A stretch of 64,000 bases of DNA. Origin: an uncultured Clostridia bacterium. Its GTDB lineage: Bacteria > Bacillota > Clostridia > Christensenellales > UBA1750. Position 1 is the stretch's first letter, and each line of letters begins with the position of its first letter. The translations under genes were made by a program, and so were the position numbers. Location: the NCBI GenBank assembly GCA_947625765.1, contig CANQPP010000005.1:10656-74655 (forward strand), given 5' to 3'. A model generated the notes under the pieces. It saw nothing but the letters and a program-made list of their open reading frames with translations, did not search any database and was not told the origin of the DNA. Shown here one piece after another: positions 1 through 8,531 of this stretch.

Positions 1-267
1 GAGCGCGTCCAGTATGGCCACGGAGGTGTGGGTGTAGGCCGCGGGGTTGATGACGATGGCGTCCTTCTTTCCGTAGGCAGCCTGGATGGCGTCCACGATG
101 GCGCCCTCGTGGTTGGACTGGAAGAACTCCACGTCCTCCACGCCCAGCTCCTTGCAGCAAGAACGGATATAGGCGAGCAGCTGCTCGTAGCTCTGCTCCC
201 CGTAAAGTCCCTTTTCGCGGATGCCCAGCATGTTGATGTTGGGCCCGTTAATGACCAGCAGCTTCAT
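1..267 (-). CDS. aroQ: Type II 3-dehydroquinate dehydratase, N-terminal part only (runs off the window)
   Basis: Own translation from ATG at 267 gives MKLLVINGPNINMLGIREKGLYGEQSYEQLLAYI...SNHEGAIVDAIQ...INPAAYTHTSVAILDAL, which matches type II dehydroquinase. It overlaps the aroE::aroK stop by 20 nt. Confidence 0.85.
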   Translation of the reverse strand, partial: MKLLVINGPNINMLGIREKGLYGEQSYEQLLAYIRSCCKELGVEDVEFFQSNHEGAIVDAIQAAYGKKDAIVINPAAYTHTSVAILDAL

Positions 268-1486
268 AAAATGCCTCCATCGCGGCCTTCGCCGCGTTCT
301 CTATGGTCGTATCGTTTTGGATCGTCCCATGGGCAAAGCGGGCATAGAGCGGGTCCCTTTTGGCGTGCATCGCGCGCAGGGCGGCCAGATCGCGGGAAAG
401 TGGCCGCCCCTCCATGCTGAGCATCTCCAGCGGCCGCTCCACGCGGATGAGGTAGCCGTTCTGCCGCAGATGGGCGTAGTTCTCCTCCCGTATGACCACG
501 CCGCCGCCGGTGGAGATCACCTTGCCGGACAGCTTGCCGAAGTCCGCCAGCACCTGGGATTCCAGCCGCCGGAACCATTCCTCGCCGTATTTTGCGAAGA
601 TATCCGGGATGGACATGCCCGCCCTGCGCACGATCTCCTCGTCCGCGTCCAGCGTCTCCCGGCCCAGGGCCGCGGCCGCGGCGCGCCCGATGGAGCTCTT
701 GCCGCTGCCGGGCATCCCGATGAGGATGAGGTTCATCATGGTGGCGCGCATGCTCTGCGTCACCCGCCCGATCTCGCCTTCCGGCAGCGCTTTGCCCGTG
801 AACAGCTCGCAGGCCCGCTTGGCCTGTGCCACCAGCATGGACAGCCCGCCCGCGTTGGGAAGGCCCAGCGCCTCCGCCTGCAGCAGCAGCGCGGTGCGCG
901 CGGGGTTGTAGATCACGTCCAGCACGCCCTCCAGCGCGGGGAAGCGGGCAAGGTCCACGGGGCTTTCCCCGTTGCCGGGATACATGCCCACGGGCGTTGT
1001 GTTGATGAGGATCTGGGCGTCCCTGTGGGCGTCCAGGTCGTTATAGGTCACGGGGCCCTTACGGGAGACCACGATCGTCTCCCGCGCCCCGTGTTTTTTC
1101 AGCATGGCGCGGGCGGTGAGGCTCGTCCCCCCGCTGCCCAGCACCAGCGCCTTCTTGCCCTTGAGGACCACGCCCAGCAGGCCCGCCATGTGCTCCATGC
1201 CGTACAGGTCCGTGTTGTAGCCGCTCAAACTCCCGTCCTTTTCCCGCACGATGGTGTTGACCGAGCCGATGGACAGCGCCTCGTCGGAGATGCGCGCTAA
1301 ATACGGCATCACCGCCTGCTTGTAGGGGATGGTGACGTTCAGGCCCTTGAAGTCGCCCGTGGTCAGCAGCTCGCCCAGCTTTTGAGGCGGGGTCGGGTAG
1401 AGCCTGTAATCGTAGTCGGCCAGCGCCTCATGGATGGGCACGGAATAGCTGTGGCCCAGCTTTTCGCCGATCAGTCCGTATTCCAT
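248..1486 (-). CDS. aroE/aroK: Bifunctional shikimate dehydrogenase / shikimate kinase fusion
   Basis: One 412-aa frame. The N-terminal half (GLIGEKLGHSYSVPIHE...NVTIPYKQ...NTDLYG) is AroE. The C-terminal ~170 aa (MNLILIGMPGSGKSSIGR...LDADEEI) is a P-loop shikimate kinase. Confidence 0.9.
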   Translation of the reverse strand: MEYGLIGEKLGHSYSVPIHEALADYDYRLYPTPPQKLGELLTTGDFKGLNVTIPYKQAVMPYLARISDEALSIGSVNTIVREKDGSLSGYNTDLYGMEHMAGLLGVVLKGKKALVLGSGGTSLTARAMLKKHGARETIVVSRKGPVTYNDLDAHRDAQILINTTPVGMYPGNGESPVDLARFPALEGVLDVIYNPARTALLLQAEALGLPNAGGLSMLVAQAKRACELFTGKALPEGEIGRVTQSMRATMMNLILIGMPGSGKSSIGRAAAAALGRETLDADEEIVRRAGMSIPDIFAKYGEEWFRRLESQVLADFGKLSGKVISTGGGVVIREENYAHLRQNGYLIRVERPLEMLSMEGRPLSRDLAALRAMHAKRDPLYARFAHGTIQNDTTIENAAKAAMEAFYEAAGH

Positions 1487-1495
1487 GGCCGCGCC

Positions 1496-2638
1496 TTAAA
1501 AGATTTCCTGGTAGCCGCCCAGGAAGGAGAAGCTGGTGAGCTCCTTTTCCATCTGGGCCAGTATGTTCAGCAGCTCCGGCGCGGAGGGCGAGGCTTCCAG
1601 GTCGAAGTAGAACATGAACTCGAAGTCCTTGCCGGCCATGGGGCGGCTCTCCAGCTTGTTGAGGTTGAGCCCCAGGCTGGAGAACTTGGAGATGACCGCG
1701 TACAGGGATCCCGGCCTGTGGGGCACGGTGAGCATGAGGGAGATGCGGTTGGCGCCGGGGAAGATCTGCATCTTCTTGGAGATGCAGATGAAGCGGGTGT
1801 AGTTGTGGTCGGTGTCCTGGATGCCCTCGTCCAGTATCTGCAGGCCGTACAGCTCTGCGCAGCCCACGGAGGCGATGGCGGCCACGTCCCTGCGGCCGCT
1901 GCCGGCCACGTACTTGGCGGCGGCGGCGGTGTTTTCCATCACCGTGACCTTGATCTGGGGATTGGCCTTTAAGAACTTGCTGCACTGGGAAATGGCCTGC
2001 TGGTGGGAAACCACCTCGCGCACGTTGGCCAGCTTCACGCCGCCCATGGCCAGCAGGGCGTGGTCCACCTTGAGCTTGACGCTGCGGCAGATGTAGAAGT
2101 CGTACTTCTTCATCAGGTCGTAGACCTCGGTCACGGACCCGGCGGCGCTGTTTTCGATGGGCAGTATGCCGTACTGGCACAGCCCGGCGTTCACGGCCTG
2201 GAACACGCCGTCGAAGCGGTTGAAGTACATCACGTCCGCCAGGGAGAACAGCTTGTCGCAGGCCTGCTGGGAATAGGCGCCCTCCACACCCTGGCAGGCG
2301 ACGGTGGCGCGCTGGGGGAACTGCGCCGGGGTCTCGGCCACGGCGGTCTTGATGGCCTCCGTCAGCTCGCTCTGGCCGTCGATGGCCATGAGCTGGGCGC
2401 TGCGGGACATGTCGAACAGCGTGCGGTAGAGGATCTTCGCATAGCCCTGGTAGTCCTCGCCCACGATGTCGGACACGCGGATGAGCACCTCCCGCTCGCG
2501 GCCGCGGTCCAGCACGGGCAACTTGTTCTCCTTCTTGTACTGGGCGATGGAGAGCGAGACGTCCATGCGCTCCTTGAACAGGCGGGCCAGCTGGTCGTCG
2601 ATGGCGTCGATCTTCTTGCGCAACTCTTGGATTTCCAT
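1496..2638 (-). CDS. pheA: Chorismate mutase / prephenate dehydratase (P-protein)
   Basis: 380 aa with an N-terminal chorismate mutase helix (ELRKKIDAIDDQLARLFKERMDVS), a central prephenate dehydratase domain, and a C-terminal ACT domain (PGSLYAVISKFSSLGLNLNKLESRP). Confidence 0.9.
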   Translation of the reverse strand: MEIQELRKKIDAIDDQLARLFKERMDVSLSIAQYKKENKLPVLDRGREREVLIRVSDIVGEDYQGYAKILYRTLFDMSRSAQLMAIDGQSELTEAIKTAVAETPAQFPQRATVACQGVEGAYSQQACDKLFSLADVMYFNRFDGVFQAVNAGLCQYGILPIENSAAGSVTEVYDLMKKYDFYICRSVKLKVDHALLAMGGVKLANVREVVSHQQAISQCSKFLKANPQIKVTVMENTAAAAKYVAGSGRRDVAAIASVGCAELYGLQILDEGIQDTDHNYTRFICISKKMQIFPGANRISLMLTVPHRPGSLYAVISKFSSLGLNLNKLESRPMAGKDFEFMFYFDLEASPSAPELLNILAQMEKELTSFSFLGGYQEIF

Positions 2639-2714
2639 AGGGTGTACCTTCCTCTCCTGAAACTATCCTCTTTTTGATGATATTTATTGAAACCGCGCCT
2701 TTGACAGGGCCGGT

Positions 2715-3815
2715 TCAGATGCCTGTTTCCGCCGCCCTTTGCAGCATCAGGTCCACAAGGCCCACAGCCAGCGCGGCCTCCACGCAGGGAACGGCGCGGG
2801 GAACGATGCAGGGGTCGTGCCTGCCTTCGATGGCAAGGGACCTTTCCTCCCCCGCGGACAGGCTCACGGTCCGCTGCTGCCGGGCGATGGACGGCGTGGG
2901 CTTGAACGTGGCCCTGACCAGGATGGGCATGCCGGAGCTGATGCCGCCCAGGATCCCGCCGCAGCGGTTGGTCGCGGTGCGCACGTTCCCCTCCCCGTCC
3001 AGCCGGAAGGGGTCGTTGGCCTGCGAGCCGCGCAGGGAGGCAAAGCCCGTCCCCTCGCCGAACTCCACGGCCTTGACCGCAGGGATCGCGAACAGCAGCT
3101 GGGACAGGCGGTTCTCCACGCCGCCGAACATGGGCTGGCCGAGGCCCGCGGGCACGCCCTGGCACACGGCCTCCACGGTCCCGCCCAGGGAATCCAGCGC
3201 CATGCGCGCGTTTTCGATCTCCCACCGCATTTCCGTTTCCGCCTGCTCATTCAGCGTGGGCATGTCCTTGGCCTTGAGGGCCTGCAAAACGGCGGGATCC
3301 ACGCCCATCGGGTCGAAGGGGTCGTCCTGCACGGGCCCCGCCTGCAGAACGTGCGCGCCGATGGTCACGCCCTTTTTCTCCAATATCTGTAAGCAGATGC
3401 CGCCCGCGATGCACAAAGGCGCCGTCATCCTGCCGGAGAAGTTCCCCCCGCCGCGGATGTCGTGGTACCTGCCGTACTTGACGTAGGCCGCGTAATCGGC
3501 GTGGTTCGGGCGCGGCAGGTCGCGCAGGGCCTCGTAATCCTTGGAGCGGGTATCTCCGTTGACGATCGCGGCGCAGATCGGCGCGCCGCAGGTGTAGCCG
3601 TCCACCAGGCCGGAGAGCACATGCACCTCGTCCGCCTCCCGCCTCTTGGTGGAGTGGGCGTTTTTGCCCGGCGCGCGGCGGTCCAGAAAGGCCTGCAGTT
3701 TCGCCTCATCCACGTAGATGCCCGCGGGCAGGCCGTCCAGCACCACGCCGATCTGGGCGGAGTGGGACTGGCCGAAGATCGTGAGCTTGAGTATTTCGCC
3801 CGTCAGGCATCCCAT
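2715..3815 (-). CDS. aroC: Chorismate synthase
   Basis: 366 aa with GQSHSAQIGVVLDGLPAG and GRHDPCIVPRAVP signatures. Confidence 0.95.
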   Translation of the reverse strand: MGCLTGEILKLTIFGQSHSAQIGVVLDGLPAGIYVDEAKLQAFLDRRAPGKNAHSTKRREADEVHVLSGLVDGYTCGAPICAAIVNGDTRSKDYEALRDLPRPNHADYAAYVKYGRYHDIRGGGNFSGRMTAPLCIAGGICLQILEKKGVTIGAHVLQAGPVQDDPFDPMGVDPAVLQALKAKDMPTLNEQAETEMRWEIENARMALDSLGGTVEAVCQGVPAGLGQPMFGGVENRLSQLLFAIPAVKAVEFGEGTGFASLRGSQANDPFRLDGEGNVRTATNRCGGILGGISSGMPILVRATFKPTPSIARQQRTVSLSAGEERSLAIEGRHDPCIVPRAVPCVEAALAVGLVDLMLQRAAETGI

Positions 3816-5056
3816 TCCAGCTTCCCTCCCAGCCGCTCAAATTCCTTGAAGAAATCGGGGTAGGTCTTGTTGATGGCCTCGGCCCCCTCGATGGAAACGC
3901 CGTCCCGGCTCGCGCTGCCCGCGACCGCCAGGGACATGACCATCCTGTGGTCGTTGAAGCCGCCGCTCCTTCCCCCCTGCGGGGCTCCGCCGTGGATGAA
4001 AAGCGTTTCGCCGTCCGTCTCCGACCGGACGCCGATGTGCTTAAGCGCCTCCTGGATGGCGGCTAAGCGGTCGCTCTCCTTAAAGCGAAGGCGGCGGACG
4101 CCGTCCATCCGCGTTTCCCCTTGGGCGAAGGCGGCGGTCAGGGCCAGCACGGGCCCCAAGTCCGGCGTCTGGCGGATGTCCATCTGCGCGGGGCGCAGGG
4201 CAAGGCCGCGGCAGCGGGCCGCGTCCCCGTGCGTCTCCACTTGAGCGCCCATGGCGGCAAGGCAGGTCAGCACCGCCTTGTCCCCCTGCGCGGAGTCCAT
4301 GTTGAGGCCGGTGACCTCCACGTCGCCGCCCAGTGCGCCCGCGCACAGCCAGAAGGCCGCGGCGGACCAGTCGCCCTCGGGAACGAGCGTGCCGGGGCTC
4401 TTATAGCTCTGCCCGCCCGGCACGAGGTAGCCATCCTCCAGCCTCTCCACGCGCACGCCGAAGCGTGTTAAGGTGGAGAGCGTCATCTCCACATAGGGCG
4501 CGGATTCCAGCGGCGAGGTGAGCGTGATGCGGCTGTCGCCCTCAAGCAAAGGCAGGGCGAACAGCAGGCCCGTCACGAACTGGGAGCTGACGGAGCCTGG
4601 GATGCTGTATTCCCCCGAATGCAGCCCGCCGTCCAGCGTCAGGGGCAGGCCCTCCCCTTCGGCCCGGCAGCCGTTTTTGCGCAGGGCCTCCAGCAGCGGC
4701 CCCTGGGGACGGCTGGGCAGGCGGCCCTGGCCGGTCAAACGGGCGTGGACGCCCAAGGCCGCCGTCACCGGCAGCAGGAAGCGCAGCGTCGCGCCGCTTT
4801 CGCCGCAGTCAAGCTCCGCGTTTTTAGGCCTCTTTCCCGCGCGGACGGTGCAGAAGCCGTCCTCCTCGGTTATTTCGGCGCCCAAAGCGCGCAGGCAGCG
4901 CAGCGTGGCGCGCATATCCGCGGAGGGGTCCTTCCAGGGCAGGCGGCTCTCCTGCTCGGACAGGGCCGCCGCGATCAGCAGCCGCTGCACGTCCGCCTTG
5001 GCGGGGATGGCGCGGACGCTGCCGCGCAGCGCGCCGGGGCGTATGGTCACGTTCAT
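3803..5056 (-). CDS. aroA: 3-phosphoshikimate 1-carboxyvinyltransferase (EPSP synthase)
   Basis: 417 aa, full-length EPSP synthase-like (SSQFVTGLLFALPL, DHRMVMSLAVAG). Its end overlaps the aroC start by 13 nt. Confidence 0.95.
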   Translation of the reverse strand: MNVTIRPGALRGSVRAIPAKADVQRLLIAAALSEQESRLPWKDPSADMRATLRCLRALGAEITEEDGFCTVRAGKRPKNAELDCGESGATLRFLLPVTAALGVHARLTGQGRLPSRPQGPLLEALRKNGCRAEGEGLPLTLDGGLHSGEYSIPGSVSSQFVTGLLFALPLLEGDSRITLTSPLESAPYVEMTLSTLTRFGVRVERLEDGYLVPGGQSYKSPGTLVPEGDWSAAAFWLCAGALGGDVEVTGLNMDSAQGDKAVLTCLAAMGAQVETHGDAARCRGLALRPAQMDIRQTPDLGPVLALTAAFAQGETRMDGVRRLRFKESDRLAAIQEALKHIGVRSETDGETLFIHGGAPQGGRSGGFNDHRMVMSLAVAGSASRDGVSIEGAEAINKTYPDFFKEFERLGGKLEWDA

Positions 5057-5100
5057 GCGCTTATCTCCTTAATGTCTTTATCTAACGTCTTTGGCCGTCT

Positions 5101-6156
5101 TTACCGCAGCCCAGCCTCCAAAAAGGCGCCGATCTCGCTCACGTCCACGCCGTGGCGGTAGCATTCGCCGATGCGCCTGGGCAGGATCAGGTGGATGGTG
5201 TCGCCCCGGCGCTTCTTGTCGGACAGGGCGGCCTTGAGCAGCTCCTCCGGCCCGTAGGGGCAGCGGATGGGCAGGTGGTTGTTTACGAGCGCCTGCTCGA
5301 TCTCGGGCGCACAGTTCTCCTCGCTCAGGCCCATGCGCCAGGCGGCGCGGGCGGCCACGGCCATGCCGATGGCCACGGCCTGTCCGTGCGGCACGGTGAG
5401 GCCGCTGGCCTTCTCCACCGCGTGACCGATGGTGTGGCCCAGGTTCAGCAGCTGCCGCTTGCCCTCGTCGAACTCGTCCTCGGCCACGATCTCGGCCTTG
5501 ATCTGCACGTTGCGGGCGATCACGGCCTCCTCGTCGAAGCGGCCGGGGCCCTGCTTCACCTGGTCGAACAGCCGCCTGTCGCCCAAAACGCCGTGCTTGA
5601 CGACCTCCGCCATGCCGCAGGCGTATTCCTCTTCTGGCAGGGTGCGCAGCGTGTCCACGTCCATGAGCACCAAGTCCGGCTGGTAGAACGCGCCGGCCAG
5701 GTTCTTGCCGGCGGGCAGGTCCACGGCGGTCTTTCCGCCCACGGAGGAATCCGAGGCGGCCAGCAACGTGGTCGGCACCTGCACAAAGCCCAGGCCGCGC
5801 AGGTAGGTGGCCGCGGCAAAGCCGCTCAGGTCCCCGGTCACGCCGCCGCCCAGGGCGACCACCGTGTCGGACTTGGTGAGCTTCTCCTCCGCCAAGGCGT
5901 TGAGCAGGGAGGCGTAGGTCTGCAGGTTCTTGTTCTCCTCCCCGTGGGGAAAGACGAAGGAGCAGACGCGGAAGCCCGCCTTCTCCAGGCTCTCCTTCGC
6001 CGTCTTAAGATAGAGCGGGGCCACGTTGTCGTCGCTGACCAGCATGGCGCTGCCCCTGCGGCCCACCCTGGCCATTTCGCCGCCCAGCTGCGGCAGCAGT
6101 CCGGAGCCCACCAGCACCTGGTACCCTTCGCGCACGCGCACGTCGATGACTCTCAT
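5101..6156 (-). CDS. aroB: 3-dehydroquinate synthase
   Basis: 351 aa with GGGVTGDLSGFAAATYLRG, SSVGGKTAVD and LNLGHTIGHAVE motifs. Confidence 0.95.
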   Translation of the reverse strand: MRVIDVRVREGYQVLVGSGLLPQLGGEMARVGRRGSAMLVSDDNVAPLYLKTAKESLEKAGFRVCSFVFPHGEENKNLQTYASLLNALAEEKLTKSDTVVALGGGVTGDLSGFAAATYLRGLGFVQVPTTLLAASDSSVGGKTAVDLPAGKNLAGAFYQPDLVLMDVDTLRTLPEEEYACGMAEVVKHGVLGDRRLFDQVKQGPGRFDEEAVIARNVQIKAEIVAEDEFDEGKRQLLNLGHTIGHAVEKASGLTVPHGQAVAIGMAVAARAAWRMGLSEENCAPEIEQALVNNHLPIRCPYGPEELLKAALSDKKRRGDTIHLILPRRIGECYRHGVDVSEIGAFLEAGLR

Positions 6157-6157
6157 G

Positions 6158-6997
6158 CTATCCCCTCTCCTCCAGCGCTTCTTTTTTCTCCCGGGCGTTC
6201 TTGAGCAGCAGGCACAGCTCGCGGCTGTCGCCTTCCTTAAGCACCCGGGCGTAGTTGTCCAGCCTGCGGCTCAGGCCCTCGATCTCGCGGATGAGGTCCT
6301 CCCTGTTGTCCAAAAACAGCTGGGTCCACATGTATTCGTTCAGCTTGGCCACGCGGGTCATGTCCCGGAAGCTGCCCGCGGAAAAGCCCATGTACTCGTC
6401 GGAGGTCGGGCTCTGCACGTAGGCGCAGGAGACCACGTGGGCCAGCTGCGAGGTGTAGGCGATGATGCGGTCGTGCTCCTGCGGGGTGCTCAGCTGTATG
6501 CGCGCAAAGCCGATGGAGCGGCTGAGCGTGCTCAAGGTCTCCATATCCTCCGCCCTTGCGTCCTGCGGCGGCGTCAGGATCATGGACGCGCCCTGGAACA
6601 GCTCCGCCGTGGCGGCCGCATAGCCGGACAGCTCGCGCCCCGCCATGGGGTGGCCGCCGATGTAATGAAGGCCCGTTTCCCGGCAGATGCTGTCCAGCGA
6701 GCTGTACACGGCCTGCTTGACGCCGCAGAGGTCCACCACCAGCGCGCCCGCGCGCATCTTGGGCGCTAAGGTCTTCAGCGTCTCGATCGCGTCCGCGGGG
6801 TACAGCGCCAGGTAGAGAAGATCGAGCTCTGCGGCTATCGTATCGTTCATCTGGCCCGCCAGCACGCCCTGCTCCAGCGCCATCTCCAAAATTTCGTCGT
6901 TCGTGTCCGCGCCGTAGACCGTATGGGAGGTGTATTTTGCGATGGCCTTGGCCATGGAGCCGCCGATCAGCCCCAGGCCCACGATGCCGATCTTCAT
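6158..6997 (-). CDS. tyrA: Prephenate dehydrogenase
   Basis: 279 aa with a Rossmann N-terminus (MKIGIVGLGLIGGSMA) and GGHPMAG. Confidence 0.9.
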   Translation of the reverse strand: MKIGIVGLGLIGGSMAKAIAKYTSHTVYGADTNDEILEMALEQGVLAGQMNDTIAAELDLLYLALYPADAIETLKTLAPKMRAGALVVDLCGVKQAVYSSLDSICRETGLHYIGGHPMAGRELSGYAAATAELFQGASMILTPPQDARAEDMETLSTLSRSIGFARIQLSTPQEHDRIIAYTSQLAHVVSCAYVQSPTSDEYMGFSAGSFRDMTRVAKLNEYMWTQLFLDNREDLIREIEGLSRRLDNYARVLKEGDSRELCLLLKNAREKKEALEERG

Positions 6998-7013
6998 AGG
7001 ATCTCTCCTCCCG

Positions 7014-8021
7014 TCAGTCGCGCACCGCGTAGGGCAGTATCTTCTCCAGCCTGCGCATCATGTCGTCGAAGGCCTCGGGCGTCAGGGACTGCGGGCCGTC
7101 GCACAGGGCGTGGGCGGGATCGTTGTGCACCTCCACGATCAGGCCGTCCGCGCCGGCAGCCGCGGCCGCGATGGCCAGGGGCTTGACCAGGTAGGAAGCG
7201 CCGGTTGCGTGGCTGGGGTCCACCACGATGGGCAGGTGGGTCAGGCCGCGCAGGACGGGGATGGCGGAAAGGTCCAGCGTGTTGCGGGTGTAGGTCTCGA
7301 AGGTGCGGATGCCGCGCTCGCAGAGGATCACCTGCTCGTTGCCGCCGGCCATGATGTACTCGGCGCTCATGAGCAGCTCCTGCAGCGTGTTGGCCAGGCC
7401 GCGCTTGAGCAGGATGGGCTTGCGCAGCGTGCCCAGCTGCTTGAGCAGCTCGAAGTTCTGCATGTTGCGCGCGCCCACCTGGATCACGTCCACTTCCTCG
7501 AACAGGGGCAGGGTAGCCGCGTCCATGATCTCGGTCACGATGGGCATGCCGGTCTCGCGCTTGGCCTCCAGCAGCAGCTCGATGCCGCGGCCGTGCAGGC
7601 CCTGGAAGGCGTAGGGCGAGGTGCGGGGCTTGAACGCGCCGCCGCGCAGCATGGTCGCGCCGGAGGCCTTGACCGCCTTGGCCACCTGGATGATCTGCTC
7701 CTCGCTCTCCACGGAGCAGGGGCCCGCGATCACCTGGAAGTTGCCGCCGCCGATCTTGACGCCGCCGATGTCGATCACGGTGTCGTCGGGATGGAACTTG
7801 CGGTTGGCGTTCTTGAAGGGCTCCTGGATGCGCTTTACGTCCTCCACGATGTCCAGGGCGCGGATCACGTCCATATCCACGCGGGTGGTGTCGCCCACCA
7901 GGCCGATGATGGTCTGGTTCGCGCCTACGGAAACGTGGGTCTCCAGGCCCATGGAATGGAACCAGTTGGTCAGGGCTTCCATCTGCCGGGTATCGGGGTT
8001 GTTCTTCAGCAATACGACCAT
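7014..8021 (-). CDS. aroF: 3-deoxy-7-phosphoheptulonate (DAHP) synthase, type I-beta, with an N-terminal regulatory-like extension
   Basis: 335 aa with IAGPCSVESEEQ...LRGGAFKPRTSPY...VDPSHATG. RBS GAAGGAGG lies upstream of the ATG at 8021. Confidence 0.9.
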   Translation of the reverse strand: MVVLLKNNPDTRQMEALTNWFHSMGLETHVSVGANQTIIGLVGDTTRVDMDVIRALDIVEDVKRIQEPFKNANRKFHPDDTVIDIGGVKIGGGNFQVIAGPCSVESEEQIIQVAKAVKASGATMLRGGAFKPRTSPYAFQGLHGRGIELLLEAKRETGMPIVTEIMDAATLPLFEEVDVIQVGARNMQNFELLKQLGTLRKPILLKRGLANTLQELLMSAEYIMAGGNEQVILCERGIRTFETYTRNTLDLSAIPVLRGLTHLPIVVDPSHATGASYLVKPLAIAAAAAGADGLIVEVHNDPAHALCDGPQSLTPEAFDDMMRRLEKILPYAVRD

Positions 8022-8087
8022 CGTGTTTTTCCTCCTTCGGAAGGTCTTTCGTTCGGGGTTGATTCCGTATGGGTCAGGGCCGCGGTC

Positions 8088-8130
8088 ATGAAAGAAGGCT
8101 CCTTTGCAGTTTCACCGCAAGGGAGCCTTT
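8088..8130 (-). terminator. Attenuator-type intrinsic terminator candidate in the aro leader
   Basis: The minus-strand RNA AAGGCUCC(C)UUGCGG-UGAAA-CUGCAA(A)GGAGCCUU forms 8+6 bp with a 1x1 mismatch, followed by CUUUCAU. It lies 70 nt upstream of the aroF RBS. Confidence 0.5.
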
Positions 8131-8170
8131 GTTTTTCCGCCTTCCCGTTTTCCGGGGCTCGGTGGGCTTT

Positions 8171-8284
8171 TCAGCCCTGGCTGGACGCGCTCTCGTTTTC
8201 AGCGAAACTCAAACAAACCTTACCCGCAAAGCCGGTAAAGTAAAAGTAATAATAAAAGTTCGCCGAAACTTCCCTGCGCAGCAT
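8171..8284 (-). CDS. Aromatic (Phe/Tyr-rich) leader peptide, 37 aa: MLRREVSANFYYYFYFTGFAGKVCLSFAENESASSQG
   Basis: ATG at 8284, TGA at 8171-8173, with RBS GGAAAGGAGAGG 11 nt upstream. Codons 10-16 are TTT TAT TAT TAC TTT TAC TTT. The ORF lies between a promoter-like element and the aro/phe/tyr operon and is below the ORF-track size cut-off. Confidence 0.6.
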   Translation of the reverse strand: MLRREVSANFYYYFYFTGFAGKVCLSFAENESASSQG

Positions 8285-8323
8285 TTAAGTCCAGGCCTCT
8301 CCTTTCCTCGGAAGATCATGCCT

Positions 8324-8351
8324 ATCATAGCACAGTTTTTTCCCGCTGTAA
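8324..8351 (-). promoter_or_regulatory. Sigma-A type promoter candidate for the aro leader/operon
   Basis: On the minus strand: TTACAG (8346-8351), 16-nt spacer, TGc-TATGAT (8324-8329, extended -10). Confidence 0.5.
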
Positions 8352-8531
8352 AGGGTGTGCGGAAGAAGTTTTCATTTGTAACGCATCCTATGCCCTTCCG
8401 AGAGGGAAAAAACCCACTTTTTGCAACGGACTTGCCCCTTTCGCCGTTCTATGGTACGATAAAGTCTATTCAAAAGACGGGATGCCTTTTGTCCCGCTTC
8501 CCTTTGACCGCGAAAGGAGCGTGCCCGCTCG

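Noticed and set aside
8022-8400. T-box riboswitch as the regulator of the aromatic operon (the usual Firmicute solution)
   Set aside because: I could not find the conserved T-box sequence (AAnnnGGGTGGTACCGCG), an AGAGA/GNTGNGA stem-I pattern or a specifier loop on the minus strand. The closest string (TCATGACCGCGG at 8078-8089) lies after the terminator hairpin, in the wrong position. The leader-peptide explanation fits better. An Infernal scan should confirm this.
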